A stretch of 64,000 bases of DNA. Source: Lama guanicoe (taxonomy: Eukaryota). The stretch is taken from NCBI GenBank assembly GCA_013239625.1, contig MU054033.1, positions 186,001-250,000 of the forward strand. Direction: 5' to 3'. Of this stretch, positions 38,201-49,974 are shown piece after piece; position 1 is the first letter of the stretch, and each line of letters starts with the position of its first letter. Both the position numbers and the translations under genes were made by a program. Under the pieces are notes generated by a model. It made no database searches and was not told the DNA's origin. It saw only the letters and a program-made list of their open reading frames with translations.

Positions 38201-39262
38201 GATAATTGTCAGACCAGGGAGAAGACAGACGAAGCCCTTCGGCATTACTATCTGACGAATGTTAAAAACTGTCAGAAAAATAGGCACAGTAAATGGAGAA
38301 TATAGAATATAGAACCTGTGTGCCTAGAGGTACCGTTTTTTTTTAAGGTGATCAAGGTTAAATGGAGAGTAAGTAATCCTCTTTGGGGGGTCAATTAGGT
38401 AAATCACCTGAGTCCTCCCCCAGTGATTCCTGGAGGGGGCGACTGTCTGTTGCAGGGGTTCCTGCCGGCGCATCACAGCCAGGCTAAGTCCAGAACACTA
38501 GCACGAAGGACCTTGGCCGGAGTGCATCACTGCCTGGGTTTATTTGGATTTTGTTCGACAAAAGCTGACAGGTGGACAGGTGAGGTGGGCTTTATTGGAT
38601 GGTATTGAATGAGGAACAGTTGAACTGCCCTGAGCAGGACTGACAGAGTGGTGAAAGGAAGGAGAAAAGGAAGGGATTACAACTCACGTACCTCGCCATC
38701 CCTCACGGAGATGCTTCTGGCTCCTTCTCCCGCCTCCTTTTGGTTGAGTGGCCTGTGGGTTCTCGCCACCCATCGGCTGGTAAATGTGTTTTCTTTCTGG
38801 TTTTCCCTCATGTGGCTTTGGCAGCGACCATAACACGCTTCCCAAGATGTGTCACGTGTGTGCCCTGGTAAGAGCCATGTTGGTGTGAAACCCCCGGAGA
38901 TTTTACTGCCAGCTGGGACTGGGGCATAACCTCCTCAGGAGAAGGGATTTTGGTAGGATTTCGTCTCTAGCGAGGGCTCTGTTAAAAACAACGCAGCAAC
39001 TTCCAGCTGCAGGGCAGGATGGAGGTGGCTGTGGCTGTGGCTGCCAGAACACAGGGCAAGGGGACCGAGAGGATTCTAGTCCTCACCTGTCTCATCCTGA
39101 GGCCTCTTGGAGGGGAAATTTTACAGAAACGCACTGTCCAGTAGAATTTCCTGCCATGATGGAAACATTCTACATTCGTGGTGTCAAAATGAGTAGCCAC
39201 CAGGCACATGTAGCTGTTGAGTACTTGAAATGTGATGAGTCCAAATAAGGAACTGAATTTTT

Positions 39263-39410
39263 TTTTTAATTTTTAAAATGATTTCTTTTTTGGGGGGGCA
39301 GGTAATTAGGTTTATTTATTTAAATTTTTTTTAAATGGAGATATTGGGAATTGAACCCAGGACCTCGTGCATGCTAAGCACATACTCTACCACTGAGCTA
39401 TACCTCGCCC
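39263..39410 (-). mobile_element. tRNA-derived SINE (Vic-1-like)
   Basis: 'aggtaattaggtttatt...gggaattgaacccaggacctcgtgcatgctaagcacatactctaccactgagctatacc'. 'aactgaatt' is duplicated at 39251 and 39415. Confidence 0.9.
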
Positions 39411-39432
39411 GAGTAACTGAATTCCTAATTTT

Positions 39433-40138
39433 TTTTGAATTGAAGTTCTGTCAGTTATAACGTGTCAATTTCTGGTGTGCAGCACAATGTCCCAGTCATG
39501 CATATACATACATACATTCATTTTCATAAAATATTATTACAAGATATTGAATATAGTTCCCTGTACTATTCAGAAGAAATTTTTAAAGACATTTTTATAT
39601 ATAGTGGCTAACATTTGCAAATCTCAAACTCCCAAACTTATCCCTTCTCACCCCCTTTTCCAGGTAACTATAAGATTGTTTACTACATCTGCGAGTCTGT
39701 TTCTGTTTTGTAGATGAGTTCATAGTGTCGTTTTCTTTTTAGATTCCACATATGAGAGATATCATATGGTATTTTTCTTTTTCTTTCTAGCTTACTTCAC
39801 TTAGAATGACGATCTCTAAGTCCATCTATGTTGCTGCAAGTGGCATTATTTCATTCTTTTTCATGGCTGAGTAGTATTCCATTGTATAAATATATCACAA
39901 CTTTTTAATCCAGTCTTCTGTCGATGGGCATTCAGGTTGTTTCTGTGTCTTGGCTATTGTAAACAGTGCTGCTATGAACATTGGGGTACATGTGTCTTTT
40001 CGAATTAGAGTTCCCTCCAGATATATACCCAGGAGTAGGGTTGCTGGCTCAGATGGTAAGACTATTTTTAGTTTTTTGAGGAATCTCCATACTGTTTTCC
40101 ATTGTGTAGTTTGGTGCAGCCATTATGGAAAACAGCAT
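39433..40138 (-). mobile_element. Lineage-specific LINE-1 3' end (about 700 bp) with short 5' inversion
   Basis: Antisense L1 3'UTR and ORF2 end ('ttttttgaggaatctccatactgttttccat'), then sense piece 'tttggtgcagccattatggaaaacagcatg'. TSD gaattcctaatttt / gagtttctaatttt. Confidence 0.88.
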
Positions 40139-40487
40139 GAGTTTCTAATTTTATTACTTGATTTTGATTAATTAAAAAAGCTCCATGTGGCTAGCAGCTT
40201 CCACATTGGACTGTGCAGGGTCGCCATCCAGCTCGCTTTCACCTTTAAACATTTTATATGGTGCACCGCAAATAGTAAATTCATAAAAGGTGGGTGTGCA
40301 GTGGGAGGAGTGATCAAGTGAGCAGCTGGGTGCCTCCCACCCACTTTGAGAAATTGAGCTTCAGTCTCAGTTCCTCAGAAGTGTACCGTGTCCCATTGGC
40401 TTCCAAGTGGAACAATTGTCCCCTTATTTTCTGGTAGTGATTCCCTTGCTTATTTTTGTCATTTTACCACATAGTAGTGTGTGTCCC

Positions 40488-40865
40488 TGGATTAGTTTGT
40501 AGAGTTGCCAAAACAAAGGGCTTGGGGTGCTGAAACATCAAAGGTTTATTTCCTTACAGTTCTGGAAGCTGGAAGTCCAAGATCATGGTGTGGGTGGGGT
40601 CACCTCTCCTGAGGCCTCTCTGCTTGGCTTACAGGTGTCCGTCTTCTCCCTGTGTCCTTCCACGGTCTTGCCACTGGGTGTCTGTGTCCTCATCTCCTCT
40701 TGTAATTACACTCGTCATGTTGGATTAGGACCCACCCTAATGACCTCATTTAAACCTCATTGTTTATTTGAAGACCCTGTCTCCAACGGCAGTCACATCT
40801 GAGGGTACTGGAGGTGAGGACTTCAATACATGAATTTTGAGGGGATAGAGTTCAGCCCCATAATA
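40488..40865 (-). mobile_element. MaLR LTR (MLT1A-like)
   Basis: 'acagttctggaagctggaagtccaagatc...ggattaggacccaccctaatgacctcattt...ggacttcaatacatgaattttgagggga'. Confidence 0.85.
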
Positions 40866-42556
40866 GGCCCTAAACAGCATGTTGCTTAGTTTTGCTTGTT
40901 TTTGACATTTGTACAAGTAGAGGCATGTTATGTTTGCTTTTGCTGCGTGATTGTTTTTCCCACTCAGCATTTTCATTGCCCCTTCATGGTCCCTTGGAGA
41001 CCACCTCCCCACTCTCTTGGATGTGGTTGCCTTGCTGACGGGCTAGTTCTGTGGGCTTAGGGATCAGTTCTGGGTTCTCTTTGGGGTGAGGGAGCTTGAA
41101 TCAAACCTTACTTTGCTGTAGGCTCAGTAGGCTTCTGCCCTGGGTTGACAAGGAGAGGTGACTCCCCCCGCAGCCTGGGACCCCCTCTGCCCAGCAAAAT
41201 GTGACGCCCAACCTAAGAGAGGCCACTGCCCTCCAGGCCCCTTGATAGAACTTTCTTCCCAGTCTCTGCTTTAGAATTTTGATCTCCTAACACCTCACCC
41301 TAGTGTTTCCCCCTTAACACCCTCTCTTTTTACCCTCCAAGGCTCCTTGCCCTCATAGGGCCATTCTCTGTAAGCCCTTTCTCTTTGCAACATTGCCACG
41401 TGGCCTTGTTTTTGCTCTTTGATAATGGCCTTTGCTGACCAGGCTCAACAGTCCAGTGATGCTCACCGCCCCTCCCCCCAAACTTTTCACCTAATTATAA
41501 AATGGATGCATGTAAGTCAATATTTGGAAGGAAAATAGCATGAAGAAGAAAACATTATTTGTAATTGCACCACTGGAGATAACTCACTCAAACATTTTGG
41601 GGTATTTACTTCCATTCTCACACGTTTATAATCATACTAACATGCTTTTATTCCATAAGCTTTTTTTCTTGTTGCCTATTTATCACTCTTTCTATAACAG
41701 TCATTTCTAATGGGTGCATATTATCTAATCACGTCTGACGTCTGATAATAGATCAGGCACTCCGCTGTGTTTAGATGTGTCGAGTTTTCTGGCTTTTCCG
41801 AATTATATGGAGTTGAGAACGTATTGGGAAGTTGTGTGTACGGTACCCAGGATGTTTTCCCCTTTAACCATTGGAAAGTAAGTAGTTGATGAGATGCCTC
41901 ATCACTGCTAAATGCTTTCGTGTGTATTTCCTATGAATAAGGACATCCGTGTGTATCTCCTACAAACAAGGACATTCTTAGGCGTAATCCGTCCAAATCA
42001 GGAAATTAGCATTGATACGTTGTTACCGTCAGATCCCGTCCAGGACACTTTCTCACTGGCGGTCCCAGGGGTGTCCTTTGGCACAGAAGGATCCAGTCCA
42101 GTGTCTGGGTCTCTGCCAGTCTGGAACACTCCTCAGCCTGTTCTTGACCTTTGCCATCTTGACACTTGTGCAGGGAACAGCCCACTATGAAGAAAGTCCC
42201 AGTTTGGGTTTATCCGGTGTTCTGTATACATCGGCAGGACCCAACGCAGACGTGATGTGGTGTATGTCGTCCTAACTGCCCTTCCTGGGATGGCGCGGAG
42301 CTTCCGTCCGTCCCTAACTGGTGAAGGTCGCATCTGCCCGGCTTTCCCTTTGAAATTAATCAGTATCTGGTATTTGGCGGGGAGGCCCCTTGAAACCGTC
42401 CCGTTCCTCATCAGACTCTCCCGTTACTCTTTCATTTACTTATACTAGGATGTTTTATTCAGCGGATGGTCATCCTGCCACCGGAGCTTGTGATTATTGC
42501 ATGATTACCCACTGCTAATGGTTCTGCGAACACAAACACTTTAAATGTGTTCACGA

Positions 42557-42911
42557 CTATGTTCGCTGGCCAGGGCTGCCGTGACGAAGTACACACATGG
42601 GGTGGCTGTAAACACAGGAAATGTATTTCATCACGGTTCTGGAGGCTGGAAGTCAGATCCAGGTGTCGGCAGGGTGGTTTTTCTGCGGCCCCTCTCCCAG
42701 GCTTGTAGCTGGCCATCTCCCCTCACGTGTGCATGTGTCTAGATCTTCCCCTTTCATAAGGACAGCAGTCGGCTTGGATGAGGGCTCACCCTAATGACCT
42801 CATTTTATCTTAATCGCCTGTTTAAAGGCTCTTTCTCCAAATACAGTCACGTTCAGTGGGGGTTGTGGCTTCAACCTATGAGTTTTGGGGGACATCATTC
42901 AGCCCGAAGCA
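42557..42911 (-). mobile_element. MaLR LTR (MLT1A-like)
   Basis: 'cagggctgccgtgac...cacggttctggaggctggaagtcagatcc...agggctcaccctaatgacctcattt...cttcaacctatgagttttggggg'. Confidence 0.85.
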
Positions 42912-42929
42912 GTTACTAACTGGGTTTTT

Positions 42930-43069
42930 TTGGTTTTAATTATTTTGAGTCTTTTTGTGTGTGTATGTATAGTTTTATTGATGTACAGTCAGTCTACAAT
43001 GTTGTGTCAATTTCTGGTGTGCAGCACAGTGCTTCAGTCACACGTGAACATGCATATATTCATTTTCAT
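42930..43069 (-). mobile_element. Short lineage-specific LINE-1 3' end with TSD
   Basis: 'ttattgatgtacagtcagtctacaatgttgtgtcaatttctgg'. TSD ctaactgggttttt (42916-42929) / ctaactgggctttt (43070-43083). Confidence 0.82.
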
Positions 43070-44189
43070 CTAACTGGGCTTTTTTGTATTGGAGCGGACC
43101 ACGAGGGGCCCGTCATCTCCGCAGGTGGGGAAGGAGAGCTGTGGGGGTGTGGAGGAACCGGGACCTTGGGCCCCGGGAGGGGAGGAGACTGACACGGCCT
43201 ACTGAGGCAAGGTTAATTTATTCCTCCTGCTCCTCACCGCCCGCTGTCCCCCACTGGTCTGTAGAAAAGGGCATTTAATGAACGTTAATAGTGACAGTGC
43301 TTCTCTAGTATTTTTTTCTAGCAATAAAGGGATTTCTCAGATACTGTAAATATTCCATTTGTTGGAGGAAGCCGGAGTTGGTACGGGGGCCCTGTGAAGT
43401 TCTAAACACTGGAAATCTTGTTAAAGCTAGAGGCTTAAACAAATTACGGGGTCCCCATCCATGGAGTCTTCCTTCATTAGCTTCCTTTTGATGAGAAAAT
43501 AATTGATTATCTTTGAGGATAATAACACCTTAGTTATTTTCAGTCCTTCTCCCTGGGGAGCTCTGCAACCTTTCGCAAATGTAATCTAATTATAAATCTT
43601 GCAACCTCCCACCGAGGTAGGAAGCAGGTCTCCTGCCTTTCCCTTTGGCCCCTTTCCCCTCCAGTTTTTAGCTTAAATCTAAACCCGGGAGATGAAGGGA
43701 CTTGCTTAAATATAAGGTAGTCCATCAACAGACATATCAGGAATAACTGGTATATAAAAAACTCCAGCTGGAAAATGATTTGATAACGTCACTTGCTGTG
43801 GTTGGTTCTTCAGAATGATTAGAGCTGAACAAGAATTAAGTGAATGTGTTAGAGTTATCTGGTAACACTTAATGTGTTTCCTGGAAATCCAATGTTTTGG
43901 GTACGTCTAGATGATAGTTTTGTCTTTATAGGCCTCTCTTTCCTCTTTCTGACACCACAGTCTTTGACGGACCTTCTTGGTCCTTTCTGGCCACAAAACC
44001 CCTCCATCCGTGGGGGAGGCTTGTTCTGTGTCTTTCTGCCTCCCACCAGGCTAAGCTGGGCACCTGACTTCGGGATGAAGCCCTGGGGCTTCCTGATCTT
44101 CTCCTTCTTCCAGAAGGCGTGGATGAAACCTTGAGTGTCTGGTGGTGAGGGAGGTTGGAAGGAGAGAAGAGGGAGGCCTGGGAAGATGA

Positions 44190-44910
44190 GCTAGGAACTT
44201 TCTAAGAAGTGGCGTGTAAATGGTAAGTTTCGGAGTCCTTGTAAGTCACGCACACGCCCGTTTGGCTGGGTATCGCCCTCAGCTGGACAGCGTGCTCCCT
44301 GGAACATCACCGCACGGTTGCGCAGCCCCCTGTGCTGCCTTCTGAGAGGTCCGCTTCCACCTGGATCCTCCTTTCTTCTCTGATGACTCGTTTGCCTTGG
44401 AGAGGTTTGACGGTCTTCTGTTTATCCTCGATGTTCTGAAGCATCATGATGATACATTAGATGCACATGTCTTTTGGTCTGTTGTTCTGAGTGCTGCCTT
44501 GGCTCTTTTAATACGGATACTTGAGTCTTGCAGCTTGGGAATGTTCTTGTATCCTTTTTTAATGCTCCTCTCCCCCGCCTTTTTCTGTGCTTTCTTTCTG
44601 AAACTCCCCTTTTCCTTTTTGCTCTTCTTGTGGAATTTCAACTCTTGTCTTCCAGCCCTTCTCCTGAATTTCGCTTTTAACTTCGGCATTGTATTTCAAT
44701 TTTCAGTAGCTCCTTCTCTAATTCTTTCTCATTGTATTTCTGGTAATTTTTGCGGAATCCAAGACCATCTTTAATGCCTCCAAAATTTAGTTTTCTTTCT
44801 TTTGACTCCTCTGGAGTCATTTGTCTGTGTGTGTTCCTGTCTTGGCGCCTCTTTTTCACGTGGGGTGCTTTCTTCAGATGTGTGGTGGTTCTCGGTTGAT
44901 TCTTGATTGA
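44190..44910 (-). mobile_element. Decayed HAL1/L1ME-type ORF1 (frameshifted, near full length)
   Basis: Across frames, in order: QPRTTTHLKKA, EKELLKIE, EGLEDK, NIPKLQDSSIRIKRA, IIMMLQNIEDKQK, IQVEADLS, YPAK, DLQGL, LLRKFL. These parallel the old L1/HAL1 ORF1p motifs (ENFPEL..IERAHR, IIVKFQ, IRMASDFS, ILYPAK). Confidence 0.75.
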
Positions 44911-47133
44911 AACAATAGCATATGACGTGCGAGCCCCACTCACCTGTGGGGATGGATGAATTCACTTCACTTTCAGTGTTGGGGGCGGAGTCCTTTACCA
45001 GATACACGCGTCTCTTCCTTCCTAGGTGGCCCGTTTCACTTTCCTCTTGAATGACTGGCACATCCTTTTTTTTCTTTTTCATCCCCTGCAAAGTTTGGGC
45101 GAAGGATAGGAAATGGATGCCTGAGTGAGTGTCCGGCCTGTGCCGAGCTCAGATGGGAAAGGGCTGTGGGCCTGGAGGGGACGGGAGCTGGGGGTGTGGG
45201 TTCCTGCTTGCCCGTGTCTAGATCTGCAGTCCTGCTGTTTTTCACCCTCGCCTCGCTCTCTGATGAGCTCGGCCAGCATTTCTGAGTTCTCAGTCTTCCT
45301 GTGCCTGTGCCAGCCACTGGGACCCCTTTTACATGTTTTGTTTCTTCGTTGCACCCTCCCCCTGCGTCCCCCAGGCTGTGGGCCCTCCCGCCTGTTGCGC
45401 CGTGAGTCTGTCTGACTTGCTTTCCTCTGTGAGCTTCTGAGCCCTGTCATCTCCTGTGGTCTTTCTCTTGCTCTCCTTGTGGTTATGGGTTATGTCTGAT
45501 TTTATTCCATTCCTATTACTTTGTGGGGCTTTTAGAAAGGAAACCAGAGAAAGGCATGAAGTCCATCAGCGTTTTTTCCCTGCTGGATACAATAATTTGA
45601 GAAGCACTCCCACAGGCCTCTCTTATTTTCTGCTGGCTCTAAAGATAAGACAATTAACCAGTCACTTTCTTAAGGGCACTTGGAAATCCTCTGGAAAGAA
45701 TTTACACGTCTACACCTTTGTCAAGTGAATTGGAAACTCTCCTGGGATTTCTGCATATACTTCTTACTGCCAGATGTTTGTTACTTCTGATGGAGCCAAA
45801 TTCTTGTCCCTTTAAAAAGCTGGTAACGACAAAAATCTGAGATCACTTGGCGAATACCTGTAGGCACTTCACTGCTGGCGCGGCATATTGAAATTCGAGT
45901 GGAAGTGTGCTGACCCCCTGATACCAGGACCTGTAAATTGGGTGGGCTAATAACCAAAAAAAAAAAAAGTCTGTCAAAGTTAGTGAAACGTAAGAAAATA
46001 ATACGTCAATATGTTAAACATTGTATTCAGCTGAAGGCATTACAGATACCCACGAATTCATCAGTCTTTTGACGTCAGCCAAGGTCTTCTTGTGATGGTC
46101 ACCTGGTAGGAGTCCCCAGCTGTCTTCCCTGCGTCACTACATGTAGGGTTTTTTGAGTTTGGTTTCCTTAGCAGTCGAACGAAAACCGAACTTTACTTGT
46201 CTGACGTTTGTAACATCTTCTCCGTCATTCGCAGTTTTCTCTTCCTCATTCTATCAGTTTCACAAAAACTCACCATACTGAGTCCTTTCAAAGCCGACTT
46301 AGCTTTCCTAGACAGAACCCTTTTTGCTTTCATATTGCCTCATAAATATTACATATGTAGATCCTGCTTAATTATATATTTTACTTACTGTAATAAATGC
46401 CACTGGCATAAGCAGGTTTGGGCATGGATGTGGCTGAGTCCTGGCGAGGGTGTGTGTCACCGAGAATGTGGGTGCAGAAGTGAGGAGTGTGGCCTCGTGG
46501 TGACTGGTCAGTGTTTCATTTGGGCCGCAAAGAGCCTCCCGTGACCAGAGGCATCGGCTGAGCGGAAGCTGGTCAAGAGCCTTTTGCTGGAGTAGTATTC
46601 CTCACAAGCAGACTGCGTTTCCACCATCAAGGTGGAAGGGAAGAGTTTTCTCTGTCTCTGAGTGTGAGCCCCAGTTGAATGGTTCCCGGACGGGCCTTTC
46701 TGGGGGCACGGCTTTGTCAGCCCCCTTCCAGATGGCAGCTGTCCTAACCCCATGTCCTGACTTGATTTTCTACAGACAGACACTGCATTACAGCTGGTAA
46801 GTCTTTGACGAAGCAAGAGAACAAGAAGCCAGCTCCCCCAGCCAGTCCAGCAGACCACCGGACGGAAAAGCCTTTAATGTACTCTCGGAGACACTCTCCC
46901 TTTAAAATTTATCTCCGAGGAGAAGTGAAAGTTAATTTGTCAAAGGTAATTTACAGCCTGACTTTTCAGGGGAAGAAAAGTTCCCCCCCGAAGGCATCTC
47001 TCTCTGGAAGAATCTGGATGTAGAATGAGACGTTGGAGTCTGGGATTCAGCTGCGCAGCGCTGGCTAAATTACAGTGCTGTCAAGGCAGCAAAATATATT
47101 GCTGGGCTGGGGACAGTGTGTTACTGTGGAGGT

Positions 47134-47134
<1 letters not shown>

Positions 47135-47171
<37 letters not shown>
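47135..47171. repeat. (GT)n microsatellite, about 18 units
   Basis: Seen directly. Confidence 0.95.
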
Positions 47172-47173
<2 letters not shown>

Positions 47174-48489
47174 TGCCCTGGTTAAAATGCAAGTCAGTTG
47201 TCCGGGGTGCTGTAACAAACACGACTGACTGTGCCCTGTGTTCCCTTGGTGGCATCTCAGGGTCCTTGCTGGAGAACATTTCCAGTGGTTGACAAGGCGG
47301 ATGTGGGCCAGATGCACACAAGCAGGAAGTAAATGAGTCAATATGCAGTTTTCATGAGTGCAAAACAACAGGATTGGGGCAGTGCGAGGAGCGGGTAGAA
47401 ACCAACCTTTATGCTGTTTCAGCCAGAGGAAGGAACCAGAGCCACAGGGCCAGAGATGGTGATGGGGACAAGCCTTCTCCCATTGCTGTCAGGATCGGCG
47501 GCAAGTATGATGATGATGGTAGCCTGGAAATGTGGCGTCTCCATGAACTTTTGAGAATTTTAGAAGAACTGAACTCATGTTCTCCTCCAGAGTCAAAAGC
47601 GTAAGTCAGGGGGACACTGCGTCTGTGGACCCACACGGGTCTAATTCCTCAACTTTAGGCAAAGCACACCAGAGTGCATGAATTGTTCCCACTGTGAACA
47701 GGGCCACAGTGTCCAGGTCCCTCTCTGTCCCCTCGTGTGTGCTGTTACTTTGGCTGTGAGCCATGCCTTCCTAATTTATGCTGAGGGCCAGCTAAAGGCG
47801 TTCTTACTCTGTATGTTTTTGTATTCTTGCCCAGCCCCCTGGGTTCTGCAGTAAAATGCATGCCCTGTGTTTTGACAGTCGACAGTGCTGCTCATTGAGC
47901 ACCGCAGTATGAGGGGCGCACTGAACGCCCTGCCCTGGAGGGACAGCTGCCCAGGACGAGCAGTTGGGAAATGCTGAAACGGAAGAGGGGGCGACTTACG
48001 AGCAATCTGACGAAACTCGGTCGTGACAAAGATGGAGTTGATTCTGGTCGTGGGTGGATGCTGCCTGACCCCTCCTGACGCCTAGCAGGGAGGGAGGAGG
48101 ACTTGTCGGGCACGTGGGAAACCCGGTGTCTGCTGACAAGGGAAAATAGCTTCTTTTCTTGAGCGATGCAGTTATTCGTAGTTGAAATGACCAGACAGAC
48201 CAAAGGGTGAATGGGGCCAACCTCAAGCTTATAGCTCCAAACGCACTTACATGAGGGACCCAGGTCAGAAACCTTTCCACGTGCCACAGACTCAGTTAAA
48301 CTTCAGTTATACCAAAGGCTGGGAGCCTCTTTTGGGCTGATGCTGACTTTTTCCAGAAAGCATTAATGAATGAATGCATGCATGAATGCATAAACAAATA
48401 AATGGAAAGAGCAAATGAGCTGGAATAAATAATGTAATAACCTCTTTATTTACAGTTACTTACGGAGAAGATGAAATCCTTCCACAGAT

Positions 48490-49028
48490 CTGTTTTCGTT
48501 ATCTATTGCTGGGTAACGAAACACCTGGCAAGTTGTTATGCCCCCCAGTTCTGTGGGTCGACGGGGTTCCTACTGGAGGCCTTCTGTATAGCTGTGGTTA
48601 GGATGTTGTCTGGGGCCGCAGTCTCATCAGAAGGCTCGGTTGGGCTGGTCGTCCAGGATGGTGCACTGACATGGTTGGTGGTTGATGGTGCTCGTTGGCT
48701 CAGAGCTCAGGGGGTTTCCTGACCTGAAAACCTATACGGGCTTTCTCATGACATGGTGACTGGCTTCCAAAAATAAATACCTCCCAAGAGTGGGTGTTCT
48801 AAAGGCAGGAAGTGGAATCTGGCCAGTTACGGGCTGCGTTCAGAACTGGCACATGGCCACTTTCTCTCTGTTCTATGGATCAAAGCAATGCCAGGGCCAA
48901 CCCGGGTATTGGAAGGTGGGGAAACAGATCCCAGCTCTTGATGGGGGAGCATCAGGGTCCCCTTGCAGAAGAACATGCAAAATGGGAGACATTTTTGCAG
49001 TCTTCTTTGGAAAGTGTAGCCTGTTGTA
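48490..49028 (-). mobile_element. Old MaLR LTR (MLT1F/G/H-like)
   Basis: 'gttatctattgctgggtaacgaaacacc...ctggggccgcagtctcatcagaaggctcg...ctattggtcaaagca-like tatggatcaaagca...cagctcttgatggg'. Confidence 0.7.
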
Positions 49029-49217
49029 AGATCCTAAGATCAAAATTGTATATATTCTTTTAAAATAGGCCTATGCACATTTGTATTATTATTATTATTT
49101 TTAAAAATAAGGAAAAGTTTGTTACGCTGAAAACAGCAGGCCACACAGACGGGAGGTTCCTGCATAAGCTCACATTTGCATTATTACAGTCCACGAGCAC
49201 ATTCTTCCAGTCTGCAG

Positions 49218-49290
49218 ACTGATTCATTCATTCATTCATTCATTCATTCAACAAGCATTTACCTAGTGCATGCTGTGGGATGCAGCACGG
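49218..49290 (-). mobile_element. L2 3' tail with (TTCA)n repeat
   Basis: '(attc)7 aacaagcatttacctagtgc' is the typical L2 terminus. Confidence 0.7.
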
Positions 49291-49974
49291 CCAATAAATG
49301 ACAAGGTGGAAGAATGATAGAAAGAGAGAGTAAAAGACACAGATAATGGTTTAGAAAGAGAAAGATAAACAGTGATACATAAACCAGACAGCTGCTCCAC
49401 ACATGTGTAAACAGAGAGAATGAGACTCTCCAGAGGGGAGACGGAGGGGCGCGCGCTGCATGCTAGAGCTGGGGGGGGGGCAGCACAGGACAGACTGTCT
49501 CAGGTCATACCTTTTCGCCACAGGAGATGGTACACTGTCACCCCGTGGGCCACGTTGAAAAAACCAGGGGTTTCTGTGGTCAGGAGAGTCCTTAAACCTG
49601 GATGTAAGTACCTCTCTCTGGAAGGTAACATGTTAAAGAGTAATTTGATGAAGCTGTGGAATGCTACTATTTTTAATGTTGGTACCAACAACCTTTACAA
49701 TTACGCTTTTACTAATGTGAACGCTGCTTGCAGCGTTCTGGAAACTATCGGATGATCAGGCCTGGAGTGAGTTTTCTTGCTCCTGTGAGCGTCATTAGAA
49801 GAAATATTTTCCCCAGGTATATAAAAATATTATACACACTCACTCAGACTCTCCTTAAAATCAGTTCCAAATCTGTGGCTTAGGGCCATTCGCAGGCTGC
49901 ATGAAATAACGCAGTCCAGATTGCTTGAAATATGAGGGCTTTTTTTCCCCTTTGACATCTGCACTTGCAGCATT

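Larger units (their letters stand above)
39130..40218 (+). mobile_element. MER3 hAT DNA transposon, split by a SINE and an L1
   Basis: Left half 'cactgtccagtagaatttcctgccatgatggaaacattcta...gaactgaatttt' (39130-39262). Right half 'ccatgtggctagcagcttccacattggactgtgcag' (to 40218). Confidence 0.85.

Noticed and set aside
39340..39410. tRNA-like sequence (also at 7123, 10640, 21600)
   Set aside because: SINE heads with AT-rich tails and TSDs, not tRNA genes.
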